Positions 47,712 through 56,797 of a stretch of 64,000 nucleotides of DNA are shown here, in pieces. Under the pieces are notes generated by a model. That model did no database searches. It worked only from the letters and a program-made list of their open reading frames with translations, and was not told where the DNA came from. The stretch is from IMG/VR virus record IMGVR_UViG_3300027708_000023; one strand, 5' to 3'. The position numbers and the translations under genes were made by a program. Source of the stretch: a virus. How positions within the stretch are numbered: the first letter of the stretch is position 1; each line of letters begins with the position of its first letter.

Positions 47712-48251
47712 TCAAGCATCCCTAACTTTATATATAACCTTGTTGACAAATTCAACCGGCCTATTCTTGGAAAGAGCTTCATAGAAAAAAAAGTCGCCAC
47801 CATGAATAGGGGGCCATTCGGGCAGATCCCTGTTCTTATAAACTCCACAAGGAGTTCCTATGTTGCCTAAAGCCAAGGTATTATTTCTTGGCAATTCTCC
47901 CGCCCCCGGCATAAGCATCTGAAAGACATACAGTTTGTCCTCAATGCAATGATCTCTAACTGTTTTCATGGCATCAAAAACATAAATATCATCGTCGTCA
48001 GCGTTCATCATAAAATCTCCAGGTAGATGACTCTGCCATTTTGTTCTGGAGCCATGCCCCCAACTACCTAAAGTTTCACTGTTTTCGATAATAATCGTAG
48101 TAGCGTTTGTCTTCAGATTCAATTCTGCTGGTCTCGTATCAAATATGATCGTTAAATAGTCTTCTTTATTAAGTTGTGGGGTTATGCTATCTAACATTCT
48201 ATTTAAAGTTGATCTTCCTGTTGTAGTCAAAACCACGTTGAAAGAATTCAT
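47712..48251 (-). CDS. GT2/GT-A glycosyltransferase
   Basis: TTTGRSTL, WGHGSR, NADDDD, GDF. Confidence 0.75.
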   Translation of the reverse strand: MNSFNVVLTTTGRSTLNRMLDSITPQLNKEDYLTIIFDTRPAELNLKTNATTIIIENSETLGSWGHGSRTKWQSHLPGDFMMNADDDDIYVFDAMKTVRDHCIEDKLYVFQMLMPGAGELPRNNTLALGNIGTPCGVYKNRDLPEWPPIHGGDFFFYEALSKNRPVEFVNKVIYKVRDA

Positions 48252-48280
48252 AATTACCCCTTTTTGCTTTTGGTATTTTA

Positions 48281-49000
48281 TTAAGACGCACTTTTAGAAA
48301 AAGAATCTTCAAGAACATAAGACCAGTATCTAGAATCTTCTTTCTTTTGAAGATTATCCCAATAGATCGACCTTGCTACATAAGATGGGACTTTCAACTT
48401 ACCGCAGTTAACCATCCAATGACGCTCCATCTTCTTATAAATCTGTGACCCGACCTTGCTCTTATTATATTTAAGAGCCTCAACATCGTAAAGCCGAAGC
48501 TGATGAATGTCCCCACACAATACTCTTGCCTCATTAGGATGAATCATCTCCAGAGCAAAGCTAATCTTAGCCAGACCAATTCCGCTAATCTTATTTAGGA
48601 TACTGTCGCGTTTCTTAACGTGATACTTCTTGGTTGTAAGATAAAAATCTTTAGGATTAGCCCAAAACTTGGTGCTAAAATCCCAGATATAAGTAGTGCG
48701 ATTATTATGTAGACCAACACCGCTCTTGTGTAGTTTTTCCAAAAGAACTTCCTTACTGTCCACCCATTCACTAAAATTTTTGATAGCATTATATCCCTTG
48801 ACATTTCCCTGCCAAGTTGTGTGGACACTGCAATATGCAAAGAGATAGCGACGAAAAATATCTTCATCAGTCTTGGGGCGAACAGTTTCCCAATAGTCCC
48901 TATAAGCAACTACCTTGTCCTTGGGAAAATTCTTAAAAAACTCATCAGCCTTGCTCGTACTCATCACGACCGGTTTTTTCTCAACAACAATCTCTGTCAT
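48281..49000 (-). CDS. HhH DNA glycosylase/lyase (Ogg2-like)
   Basis: LFAYCSV, GLHNNRT.YI, ISGIGLAK (HhH), GDIH; start at MTEIVV after GAGGA. Confidence 0.65.
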   Translation of the reverse strand: MTEIVVEKKPVVMSTSKADEFFKNFPKDKVVAYRDYWETVRPKTDEDIFRRYLFAYCSVHTTWQGNVKGYNAIKNFSEWVDSKEVLLEKLHKSGVGLHNNRTTYIWDFSTKFWANPKDFYLTTKKYHVKKRDSILNKISGIGLAKISFALEMIHPNEARVLCGDIHQLRLYDVEALKYNKSKVGSQIYKKMERHWMVNCGKLKVPSYVARSIYWDNLQKKEDSRYWSYVLEDSFSKSAS

Positions 49001-49037
49001 GTTATCCTCAAAAGTTGGTTCCAAAGTGTATGCTGCC

Positions 49038-49080
49038 ATTCTACACTAAGCGTATCGTCTTGTCAAGTAGTCAGTCTTTA
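49038..49080 (-). promoter_or_regulatory. Dual promoter: TTGACA-N17-TAGAAT plus TAAA-N17-GACGATA
   Basis: Read directly. Confidence 0.7.
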
Positions 49081-49767
49081 GTCCGTTTTGTAGGTTATTG
49101 ACTGTAAGATTTTATTATTTTGAAACTTGACATAAGCATCCTCTATTTCCCTATCAAAAATATAGTCCTGTTCTTTTGGTCTTGACCGAACATAAGGAAC
49201 CCAATAAGGATGATAAACAAACTCATTATGGTCATCATATGGAAATAAATTTTCTATGATATTTTCTAAACCAATTTTACTCAATAATTGTACAGTATTT
49301 TGTATTTGCAAAGTTTCTTGAGATAAGATCATAAACTTATTATTTTTTATGACATCTATGGCTTTTAAGCAATTATTCTCTATTTCTAGAAAGCTATTTT
49401 TTTCTAGTTTTAGAAAATCTTTGTATTCCATTTGTGATTCTATTGCCTTATATTTAATTCTGTGTTTATATAGACTATAAAAAACATCATTAAATGGTCT
49501 ATACAATAATAAAAATAATGTTTTTGTAGATATTTGATCTATATGCTGAATCCATTTCTCAAAAATATCGTCTTTGTGATACGAAAATAACATATCGGGA
49601 TTTTTACCAAAAGAATAATCAAATTTTTGTATGTCTACTATATTATGATGAAATTCATCAGAAGTGTCTCTTATGACACTGTAAGCGGATTGCTTTAAAA
49701 AAAATTTAGATAAATATGTGGTTCCAGATTTTGGTAAACCCAAAACAATAAGTGAGTTATATGCCAT
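49078..49767 (-). CDS. Sulfotransferase-like protein
   Basis: GLPKSGTTYL (5'-PSB loop), YRP...FYSLY (3'-PB). Confidence 0.7.
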   Translation of the reverse strand: MAYNSLIVLGLPKSGTTYLSKFFLKQSAYSVIRDTSDEFHHNIVDIQKFDYSFGKNPDMLFSYHKDDIFEKWIQHIDQISTKTLFLLLYRPFNDVFYSLYKHRIKYKAIESQMEYKDFLKLEKNSFLEIENNCLKAIDVIKNNKFMILSQETLQIQNTVQLLSKIGLENIIENLFPYDDHNEFVYHPYWVPYVRSRPKEQDYIFDREIEDAYVKFQNNKILQSITYKTD

Positions 49768-50602
49768 TGTGTAAATAATAAATATTAAGATCAGGATTTA
49801 GGTCATTCTGAAAATTTGAGTAATTCTCAATAAGATTATCAAACGAAGAATAATCAATCTGTTTTTTAAAATCGTTACTATAATTCAATTCCAGATCATT
49901 GAGATTCGTTTCTCTGAATTTTTTTTGTAAGAATTCTATTTTGTCTTCATGGTTTTGATGAGAATGAATATCTTCATATCTGAGAATAGTTCTGTTTTTA
50001 TTTGAGCTAACTTTTAGCCATAAATTAATATTCTCAACAATTCTTCTATAAAAAACGTCGTATTCTTCTTTATTCCAAATGATGCGTAAGTCTTGAATAG
50101 ATGGGTCTACTATGTCTCTGCTTGACCAAGCCCCTGTTTTGATTGCTATTTTCCAGCTTAAAAAAGTTTCTAGGACATTAGATCTATAGTTGACAATGAT
50201 ATGGTCTGATATTTCTATTATGTCCTGTATTTTTATATGATTATTTAGATGCTCAGGAAAAACTTTAAAACAAAAATTTCTATCCTGATCATAAGCCTCT
50301 GATTGAAAGTCTTTTAGTAAGTCTATACTAAATGGCTCTTTAGCCAACATATTTTGTTTAATTTTGGCAAAAGATTTGGCATCGGTGAATAAATTTTTTG
50401 GATAGTATATCTTTTTAAAGGTTTCTATTGCAGATAGTGGAATGTTATCTTTGATTTTTAAAAGAGCCAACATATTCCAATAATATAATGCTGGATTTCT
50501 AGAAAAAATTTCAAAAACACACCAAGTTTGGTGGGTATTTAATGCTGTGCATAACCATGTACTACCAGTTCTTTCGTAAGATAAAACACAAATGGTTTTC
50601 AT
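49757..50602 (-). CDS. Stf0-like sulfotransferase
   Basis: ERTGSTWL, FEIF, FKVF, YRSNVLETFLS..IAIKTGAW, YED. Confidence 0.75.
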   Translation of the reverse strand: MKTICVLSYERTGSTWLCTALNTHQTWCVFEIFSRNPALYYWNMLALLKIKDNIPLSAIETFKKIYYPKNLFTDAKSFAKIKQNMLAKEPFSIDLLKDFQSEAYDQDRNFCFKVFPEHLNNHIKIQDIIEISDHIIVNYRSNVLETFLSWKIAIKTGAWSSRDIVDPSIQDLRIIWNKEEYDVFYRRIVENINLWLKVSSNKNRTILRYEDIHSHQNHEDKIEFLQKKFRETNLNDLELNYSNDFKKQIDYSSFDNLIENYSNFQNDLNPDLNIYYLHNGI

Positions 50603-50615
50603 TCTATAGTTTTTT

Positions 50616-50804
50616 TCATGTTCTTTTTTTGCGTTTTACTTGATTCTTGAGCTTTGTCTTAGTCTCAAGTTCTTTGTTTTTTTGTTGTGCTAGGTTATCT
50701 AATGCTCCTATGCGACGGGACTCTTCAAAACCATATTCTTGGATCATTCTTCGACTTATTTTAAAATCAGCGCTTTTACTATATTTATTTGGTTGATATT
50801 TCAT
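50616..50804 (-). CDS. Small basic protein
   Basis: Coupled to the ligase stop. Confidence 0.5.
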   Translation of the reverse strand: MKYQPNKYSKSADFKISRRMIQEYGFEESRRIGALDNLAQQKNKELETKTKLKNQVKRKKRT

Positions 50805-52108
50805 TAAATGTCCCTTTCTTCTCCATGAAGAATCTTGAAGGTTGGAAATCGCAGACTAATGCCACCTTTCTCGTTCTCTGTCTCCTCGAAATATTGTACA
50901 GTTATTTGTTTTCCAAGAATTTTCTTAGGATTCTTATAAAACTCCTGTCTTTGTTCGATACTAAAACCAGACCCTACTCTTACAGTATGACCCTTATGTT
51001 GAATCATAACACAACTCAACATAGTCTCCTCACACTCTGCACCATCCTTAACATAACGGAATGGCCCCATTTCTGTATCCAAAACTTCGTATTCGTCATC
51101 AAAGAACGATTTATATTTCAATAGGTCTTTGGATCGCTTGCCTTTATATGGAGCGTCAGATCGAAGCATAAGCCCCTCCCAGCCATTCTGAGTAGATTGT
51201 TCAACAAACTCTTGGAAATGACTTTCATTCTTAATTAGAGATTGCTCCAACAATGTCAAGCATGGACATTCATTCTTTTTCATAACTTCTGTAAGATTCT
51301 TCAGTCTAATACCAAAAGGTCTATTATATTCTCCCTTCTGACTATAAAACTCATCATGAGTAATCATATCAAAAATCTTGTAAGAAGGATTAGGAATAGT
51401 ATGGTCTTTCTTACGAAGTTCCTTCATTACTCCTTGGAAATCCTCGTTACCATCTTCATCAACCAGACAAAGCTCACCATCAAGAACTACATTAGTAAGT
51501 CCCAGAGCTTTAATGCCGTCGCCAACAACACCAAGAGTATCAAAGATTTTTCCCGTGCGGGAATAGAAGGTAGTATTGCCATTAGTATCAACAATACCAA
51601 TACATCTAGCACCGTCGATCTTTCTGCTAACATACCAACCATCCTTCCAGTCTACAATCTTAGGAACATACTTATCTGCTAGAGCAACACTAAATGTTGG
51701 GATATGATCTGGAATAGCCTTATTGATAAGTTTATCTCCAGCACGAGTTTTCAAATCTTTATCAATGACACAGTGAATGAGTTCCTCATACTCTGAATGA
51801 TTATCAATAAATGTGTTTACGGCAGCAATAGCATCATGTCCAGTAATAGCACGACCTTTAAGATCATCCAAAAGATCAAAAAAGTTTTTGTAACAATTTT
51901 TTGCTTTCAAATGATTCTTCTTCTTGAGATTATCACTGGTAACATTGTACTGCCAAAGAGGGTGATAGGTATATAGCAAAATCTTTTTGATAAACTTAGC
52001 TCCATCATCATTGGATGAAGTATAATCTTCAATAATTCCAACCTTATCAAGAGTGCTACTAGTTGCTTTCAGATCACGAACAAAACCATTAAGATGCTCA
52101 AACGACAT
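50804..52108 (-). CDS. lig: ATP-dependent DNA ligase
   Basis: KIDGAR (motif I), LDGEL, IFD, EGLMLR, LLKYK, VGSG, LRFP; start at MSFEHL. Confidence 0.95.
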   Translation of the reverse strand: MSFEHLNGFVRDLKATSSTLDKVGIIEDYTSSNDDGAKFIKKILLYTYHPLWQYNVTSDNLKKKNHLKAKNCYKNFFDLLDDLKGRAITGHDAIAAVNTFIDNHSEYEELIHCVIDKDLKTRAGDKLINKAIPDHIPTFSVALADKYVPKIVDWKDGWYVSRKIDGARCIGIVDTNGNTTFYSRTGKIFDTLGVVGDGIKALGLTNVVLDGELCLVDEDGNEDFQGVMKELRKKDHTIPNPSYKIFDMITHDEFYSQKGEYNRPFGIRLKNLTEVMKKNECPCLTLLEQSLIKNESHFQEFVEQSTQNGWEGLMLRSDAPYKGKRSKDLLKYKSFFDDEYEVLDTEMGPFRYVKDGAECEETMLSCVMIQHKGHTVRVGSGFSIEQRQEFYKNPKKILGKQITVQYFEETENEKGGISLRFPTFKILHGEERDI

Positions 52109-52133
52109 TTCTAATTTCTCCTGTGTTTTCCAA

Positions 52134-52190
52134 ATTCTACCATAGGGTAGTCCTCTTGTCAAGTATCGGTTATTTGCGATTTGGCCTTGA
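52134..52190 (-). promoter_or_regulatory. Dual promoter: TCAA-N16-ACCGATA upstream of TTGACA-N17-TAGAAT
   Basis: Read directly upstream of the ligase. Confidence 0.7.
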
Positions 52191-52511
52191 AAGAAAATAA
52201 TTCATAGCGTTCACAATACTCTGAAAATCATCCCCAAGTTTACCTATACCAGTATTGCAAGGCTCACAGAGCCAGCCCCTAAAGCTATTATCATCATGAT
52301 CGTGATCTAAAGCCCACTTATAAGGAACTTTTTTACAGCACTCACAAACTTCTGGTTTTGGTGGGGCTTTTTTGTGTAATTTAACTCTGATCTTAGAATG
52401 TTTTTTGACACATTTTCTGCATCTACTATCTAGATTATCTTTATACATACTATGTTTGGGAAAACTGGCTAAGTTTTTACGCTTTTTACAGTATGAACAA
52501 ACTTTACGCAT
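52170..52511 (-). CDS. Endonuclease VII-like HNH nuclease
   Basis: CECC...LDHDH...FRGWLCEPCNTGIG; N-terminal CxxC pairs. Confidence 0.85.
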   Translation of the reverse strand: MRKVCSYCKKRKNLASFPKHSMYKDNLDSRCRKCVKKHSKIRVKLHKKAPPKPEVCECCKKVPYKWALDHDHDDNSFRGWLCEPCNTGIGKLGDDFQSIVNAMNYFLSRPNRK

Positions 52512-53184
52512 ATTTAGTCTTATTTGCATGGGGTATCTCGTTAGTATTAAACTCAATGCCGCACTCAGCAAAAAAACTTTTAAATTTTTCGATAGTGTCT
52601 TTCTCTATATCAAATACCAGCAGATCTTTTGGTCTGTCTTTAAAGTAAGTCTGGACAAAATCTATGTGATCATTCCAGCTTTCTCTCCAATGATATTCTA
52701 TTTGTTCATCATTAGAACATCCAAAAAACTCTTTGTGTAATTCTTTGTATGGAACTCTGGGATGTAATCTGTCTAGTTTATCTTTATTTTTTTTAACAGA
52801 TTCCAATCCCATTAAGTGGGACATTCTACTATTAATCCAACCGTCTACGTCTCTAACATTTAGAATAAATTTACTGTTAGGGTATTGTTCGTCTAAAATT
52901 GGAATGTGGTTTTTGTCATACATAAATATCCAATTAGTAGAACCATCATCTTCTACAAACTGACATTCCATATCAGAGTAAAAACCAAAGTGTTCGTATT
53001 TGCCAGATAAAAGAGGTTTTGACTCTCTCTCGTTCATAGCCATAGAATATCCCAAAAATCCACTATCCCAATGGCAGCATTTGATTCTTGGAACCGAATA
53101 ATCCTGAAACATTATATTGATAGAATTTGTACCACACTTATTAAATCCTATCTGGAATATTTTGTTGAATTTTCTCATAGTCAT
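52504..53184 (-). CDS. Sulfotransferase-family protein
   Basis: IFQIGFNKCGTNS, YPNSKFILNVRDVDGWINS, YFKDRPKDLL, PHAN. Confidence 0.8.
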   Translation of the reverse strand: MTMRKFNKIFQIGFNKCGTNSINIMFQDYSVPRIKCCHWDSGFLGYSMAMNERESKPLLSGKYEHFGFYSDMECQFVEDDGSTNWIFMYDKNHIPILDEQYPNSKFILNVRDVDGWINSRMSHLMGLESVKKNKDKLDRLHPRVPYKELHKEFFGCSNDEQIEYHWRESWNDHIDFVQTYFKDRPKDLLVFDIEKDTIEKFKSFFAECGIEFNTNEIPHANKTKYA

Positions 53185-54428
53185 TATAAAAGTTCTTTAA
53201 TGAGTTTGCCACTATTAGCGATTTTCATTGGCCTGCCATTTTTAGCAGTAAAATTTGTTTCTAGAGATATTCCTAGTGATTTAAGAACACTTGCCATCAA
53301 ATCCTGTGACGTATATGGTTCAGTAATTACTTCCTTGCCATCGCTATTAGTTTCTCCAACAATTGTGCCACTGGTAAATCCTGCTCCACCAACAACGACA
53401 CTCCAACTTTTAGCCCAATGATCTCGACCTCCATTAGCATTGATATTTGGGGTTCTTCCAAATTCTCCCATACAAATAATAGCAGTGTCTTGTAGTAGAC
53501 CTCTATCATTTAGGTCACTTATTAAGGCACTCATAGCTTTATCCAATTCTGGTAGTTTCTGATCTTGTAGAGTCTTAAAAATATCAGTATGATTATCCCA
53601 GCCACCAAGATCAACTTCAATAAATGGAATACCCTTCTCTACTAATCTTCGTGCCATCAAACAACCACGACCAAATCCAGTATTGCCATATCTTTCTTGA
53701 ACTTCTTTTGGTTCTTTAGATACTTTGAATACATCCATCTGAGAACTGGTCATTAGTTTAACTGTTTTAGTCAAAAGTTTAGAGTGGTCAGAAGCATAGT
53801 CTCCGCGTTTTTCATTGACAAATTTATCTTCAATAGTTTTAAGCATACGAAGTCTTTGATCTAATCTAGATTGATCTATATCCATAGTAAGATCACGAAC
53901 AGTTCCATTAGAATTAACTACAAATGGAGAATAAGATGTTCCTAAAAATCCAGCACCAATACTGGCTCCTCCAATACTAACAAACGGAGGAATATCAATC
54001 TGTGGTATGCTAGACATTAATTCATGAGAGATTACTGAACCATAACTAGGATGTTCAATATTAGGATTGGGAACATATCCTGTGTGCATATAGTAGCGAC
54101 CCCTAGTATGATCTGCTTCTCTTGTACTCATTGAGCGAACAATATTCATGTGGTGCATTTGTTGTGCCATTAACGGCAGATGTTCACATATTTGAATTCC
54201 ATCAGCACTAGTAGATATTGGCTTAAAAATTCCACCAGTAGCAGCACCCGGCTTTAAATCCCACAAATCAATAGTGCTTGGGCCTCCACTCATCCATAAA
54301 AGAATAGCACTCTTATTTCTTTTCTTTAAGTCATTAGCATTAGCTAAAATAGACTGTGTAAAAAAAGACGAAGATGCTGCTATTGATGATGCGGCAGCAC
54401 AATGATTGATAAAATGGCGACGATTCAT
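53184..54428 (-). CDS. DUF1501-family protein with TAT-like signal
   Basis: MNRRHF signal; LWMSGGPSTIDLWDLKP; RYG..FGRGCLMARRLVE.G; GGWDNH; GEFGRTP; GRDHW. Confidence 0.9.
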   Translation of the reverse strand: MNRRHFINHCAAASSIAASSSFFTQSILANANDLKKRNKSAILLWMSGGPSTIDLWDLKPGAATGGIFKPISTSADGIQICEHLPLMAQQMHHMNIVRSMSTREADHTRGRYYMHTGYVPNPNIEHPSYGSVISHELMSSIPQIDIPPFVSIGGASIGAGFLGTSYSPFVVNSNGTVRDLTMDIDQSRLDQRLRMLKTIEDKFVNEKRGDYASDHSKLLTKTVKLMTSSQMDVFKVSKEPKEVQERYGNTGFGRGCLMARRLVEKGIPFIEVDLGGWDNHTDIFKTLQDQKLPELDKAMSALISDLNDRGLLQDTAIICMGEFGRTPNINANGGRDHWAKSWSVVVGGAGFTSGTIVGETNSDGKEVITEPYTSQDLMASVLKSLGISLETNFTAKNGRPMKIANSGKLIKELL

Positions 54429-54449
54429 AATCTATCCTTTTAAAGTCAG

Positions 54450-54802
54450 TGGACTAGAGGGGAGTCGAACCCCTGTCCAGAATAAACATCAATATAAACT
54501 TCTACATCGTTAGTTGATTGTTATCACACTACCAACAAAGCTATCAGAGTTATCTGCGTCAGATTGAGTACAATCATCATTCCTATTTATGTCTGGTAGG
54601 ACTACCATATCCGAATATCGGAGTCAGCATGATTTGGTAATAAGGCTCATGCCGCCCCACCCATTACCTAATTAATTAGGCAGCGAGAGCGAGAGTTGAA
54701 ACTTCGCCAATTAACAATTTTAATCGACTTTTAAACTGGCCGGTCGATTAACCAGTCGATGCAATCTATACCTATTTTACCTGTCGATACCTTTACTAGC
54801 CC
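54450..54802 (-). ncRNA. ssrA: tmRNA; tag peptide (A)GEVSTLALAA
   Basis: GGGCTAG/CTAGTCC acceptor with G3.U70 and discriminator A; T-arm AGGGG-TTCGACT-CCCCT; tag ORF 54708-54676 ending LAA-stop. Confidence 0.92.
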
Positions 54803-54984
54803 TATTTAGTATACCCCCAAACTTTTGGTTTGATAATAATTTCTGGTTGTCTTTCTATAATAATCCTGGCTGGCTTGTTGTCCAGCCTCTTGAGTCTTTG
54901 AATATCTGAATAAAGGAGGAAATTAAATCCCAAGGATGTTAGAAATAATCCTGCAAAAATTGCCGTCAGTGGTTGAAGTTTCAT
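54802..54984 (-). CDS. Small single-TM protein
   Basis: Hydrophobic N-terminus; lies between tRNA-Ile and tmRNA. Confidence 0.55.
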   Translation of the reverse strand: MKLQPLTAIFAGLFLTSLGFNFLLYSDIQRLKRLDNKPARIIIERQPEIIIKPKVWGYTK

Positions 54985-55005
54985 CAGAATCCTTCCTGTT
55001 TAAAG

Positions 55006-55081
55006 TAGGGCGTGTCTGAGTCGAACAGACCTATGAACACCTTATAAGAGTGTCGGATGCAACCGGCTTACCTTACGCCCC
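55006..55081 (-). tRNA. tRNA-Ile(UAU)
   Basis: GGGGCGT/ACGCCCT acceptor; ACACT-CTTATAA-GGTGT anticodon arm; T-loop TTCGACT; weak D-stem. Confidence 0.85.
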
Positions 55082-55091
55082 GTGTTGAGTT

Positions 55092-55128
55092 ATTGTATCC
55101 TATCGACCAACTACTGTCAAGACTTTTA
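55092..55128 (-). promoter_or_regulatory. Dual promoter: TTGACA-N17-TACAAT plus TAAA-N17-GTCGATA
   Basis: Directly upstream of tRNA-Ile and tmRNA. Confidence 0.7.
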
Positions 55129-55281
55129 GGAATTTTGTTGTGATTCTAGTTGAATTAGTCTTTCATTAATTTTATCTAGAGCTAGTGCTGCGTCCCCACA
55201 AGCTTTACACAAATCAGAATATAAATATTCTTTCAAATCACTTATTTGATCTTTTAGTTCTGATATTTCTGATTTTGACAT
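55126..55281 (-). CDS. Small coiled-coil protein (not in ORF track)
   Basis: MSKSEISELKDQISDLKEYLYSDLCKAC... Confidence 0.55.
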   Translation of the reverse strand: MSKSEISELKDQISDLKEYLYSDLCKACGDAALALDKINERLIQLESQQNS

Positions 55282-55283
55282 AA

Positions 55284-55637
55284 TTACTTTGCAATATTAA
55301 AGATTTCATTTGATTCTGGATGCCAAAAAAACATCTCGTTAGATTCATCGTCCCAAGCACATTCTATCTTTCCAGAGGATGCTACTAGGCTCAAGCTTGA
55401 GTTATAAATCCATTTTTTGATTGCATCACAAAGAAGATTATAGTTCTCATCACTAATAATAAATTCGTCATTATATCCTGGCTCAATATATTCTCTAACC
55501 AAATTTTCTGTTTGAGACAAAGAAATCAAATTATCTATTTGATAATAGTATTCTCTAGGAAAAACCCACACCACGTTTTTTCTAATGCTTTTAGTAAAAA
55601 GTTTTAGATTCTTAATCTTGATATAATTACTCATCAT
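55284..55637 (-). CDS. Hypothetical protein, tandem paralog
   Basis: GKIECAWDDESNEMFFW; start at MMSNYIK. Confidence 0.75.
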   Translation of the reverse strand: MMSNYIKIKNLKLFTKSIRKNVVWVFPREYYYQIDNLISLSQTENLVREYIEPGYNDEFIISDENYNLLCDAIKKWIYNSSLSLVASSGKIECAWDDESNEMFFWHPESNEIFNIAK

Positions 55638-55998
55638 TGTCCTTTGAGGGTTTGGCAGAAATTTCTGTCTTATCTTTATTAGCCAACCAGAATACCATTT
55701 CATTAGATTCGTCATCCCATGCACACTCTATAAAACCTTTTGCCGCCAGCTTGGAAAGACCAACCTCATAAAGTTGATTTCTAATTCCCTCAAATATCTC
55801 ATTAAAGATATCTTCGTTTATGATATAGTTTCCTTCCTCATCCAGCCCAAGATTATTCTTTTTGACCATATTGATCACTTGGGGAATGGTAATGAATTCA
55901 TCCAAATTCTCTGTATAATTTTCTTCAAAAGAAGATGCTGCTCCATCCCTCATGGCTTTTGCATAACCTTCCAAATCCATAACACTATAGCTTTCCAT
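55627..55998 (-). CDS. Hypothetical protein, tandem paralog
   Basis: GFIECAWDDESNEMVFW; start at MESYSV. Confidence 0.75.
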   Translation of the reverse strand: MESYSVMDLEGYAKAMRDGAASSFEENYTENLDEFITIPQVINMVKKNNLGLDEEGNYIINEDIFNEIFEGIRNQLYEVGLSKLAAKGFIECAWDDESNEMVFWLANKDKTEISAKPSKDNDE

Positions 55999-56011
55999 TA
56001 TTAGTTCCCAA

Positions 56012-56293
56012 TTAGAGATATTTTGTAGTACCCTTGCCGCTATCATTAGTTTTACACCGCTCCAACAGATTGTCAATAGTGTTCTGCAAACTATACTCGC
56101 CTCTATTTAGCCACTTTTTATCCTCATAGAGAGCAGTGGTAATTTGAGGCAGATAAAACTGGATCGCTCTTTCGAATTCTTCTGGAAAATAAGTTTTCAG
56201 AATACGCTCAATATGATAGAGACTATCTACTATTTTATCTCTATTATTAAGCAGATTATTGATTTGGTCTTTTTGTTCTTGATTAAGAGACAT
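56012..56293 (-). CDS. Hypothetical protein
   Basis: Coupled ORF. Confidence 0.65.
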   Translation of the reverse strand: MSLNQEQKDQINNLLNNRDKIVDSLYHIERILKTYFPEEFERAIQFYLPQITTALYEDKKWLNRGEYSLQNTIDNLLERCKTNDSGKGTTKYL

Positions 56294-56697
56294 TACGCCT
56301 CCACTCTTGGCTTGAGTTTCATAAGCTTATGTTTAATCTTCCAAATATTGGTTTCTTTGTTGTGGATATCTGGCCCCATATAGATATGACAGAATCCTGC
56401 GTGTTTGTCGATACCCCATGCCTTAATTCCCTCATGGTCAATACCCTCTACAACAAAACGTCCTCTATAACCCATTGGGACAAACTCTCCTTTGGATACA
56501 AAGTATGGGCCTCCACCAACCCTAATACGATCTCCCTTAACCAATTCTTTCCAATTAAAATCTCTAATAATCTTAGTGTTCTTTGCTTCTTTGCTCTTTG
56601 CCTTAAAGACGAACGGAGCATTGCACTTCGGACACATATAAGCTCGCGGGCCTGTGGTAGCTCCACATTTATCACAAGTTTTTTGACCCTTACCCAT
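56293..56697 (-). CDS. Zn-ribbon protein
   Basis: CDKCG..GPRAYMCPKC; AGGAG RBS. Confidence 0.75.
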   Translation of the reverse strand: MGKGQKTCDKCGATTGPRAYMCPKCNAPFVFKAKSKEAKNTKIIRDFNWKELVKGDRIRVGGGPYFVSKGEFVPMGYRGRFVVEGIDHEGIKAWGIDKHAGFCHIYMGPDIHNKETNIWKIKHKLMKLKPRVEA

Positions 56698-56731
56698 TTT
56701 TTTCTCCTGTGTTTGTTGACGTTACACCCTA

Positions 56732-56772
56732 AGTATAACTCAGTTATCGGCAGTGTCAAGAGGGATTCTTTA
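56732..56772 (-). promoter_or_regulatory. Dual promoter: TTGACA-N16-TATACT plus TAAA-N17-GCCGATAA
   Basis: Both sigma28-type boxes are perfect in this copy. Confidence 0.75.
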
Positions 56773-56797
56773 GTGGTTCTGAGATTTTTTCAAAAAC

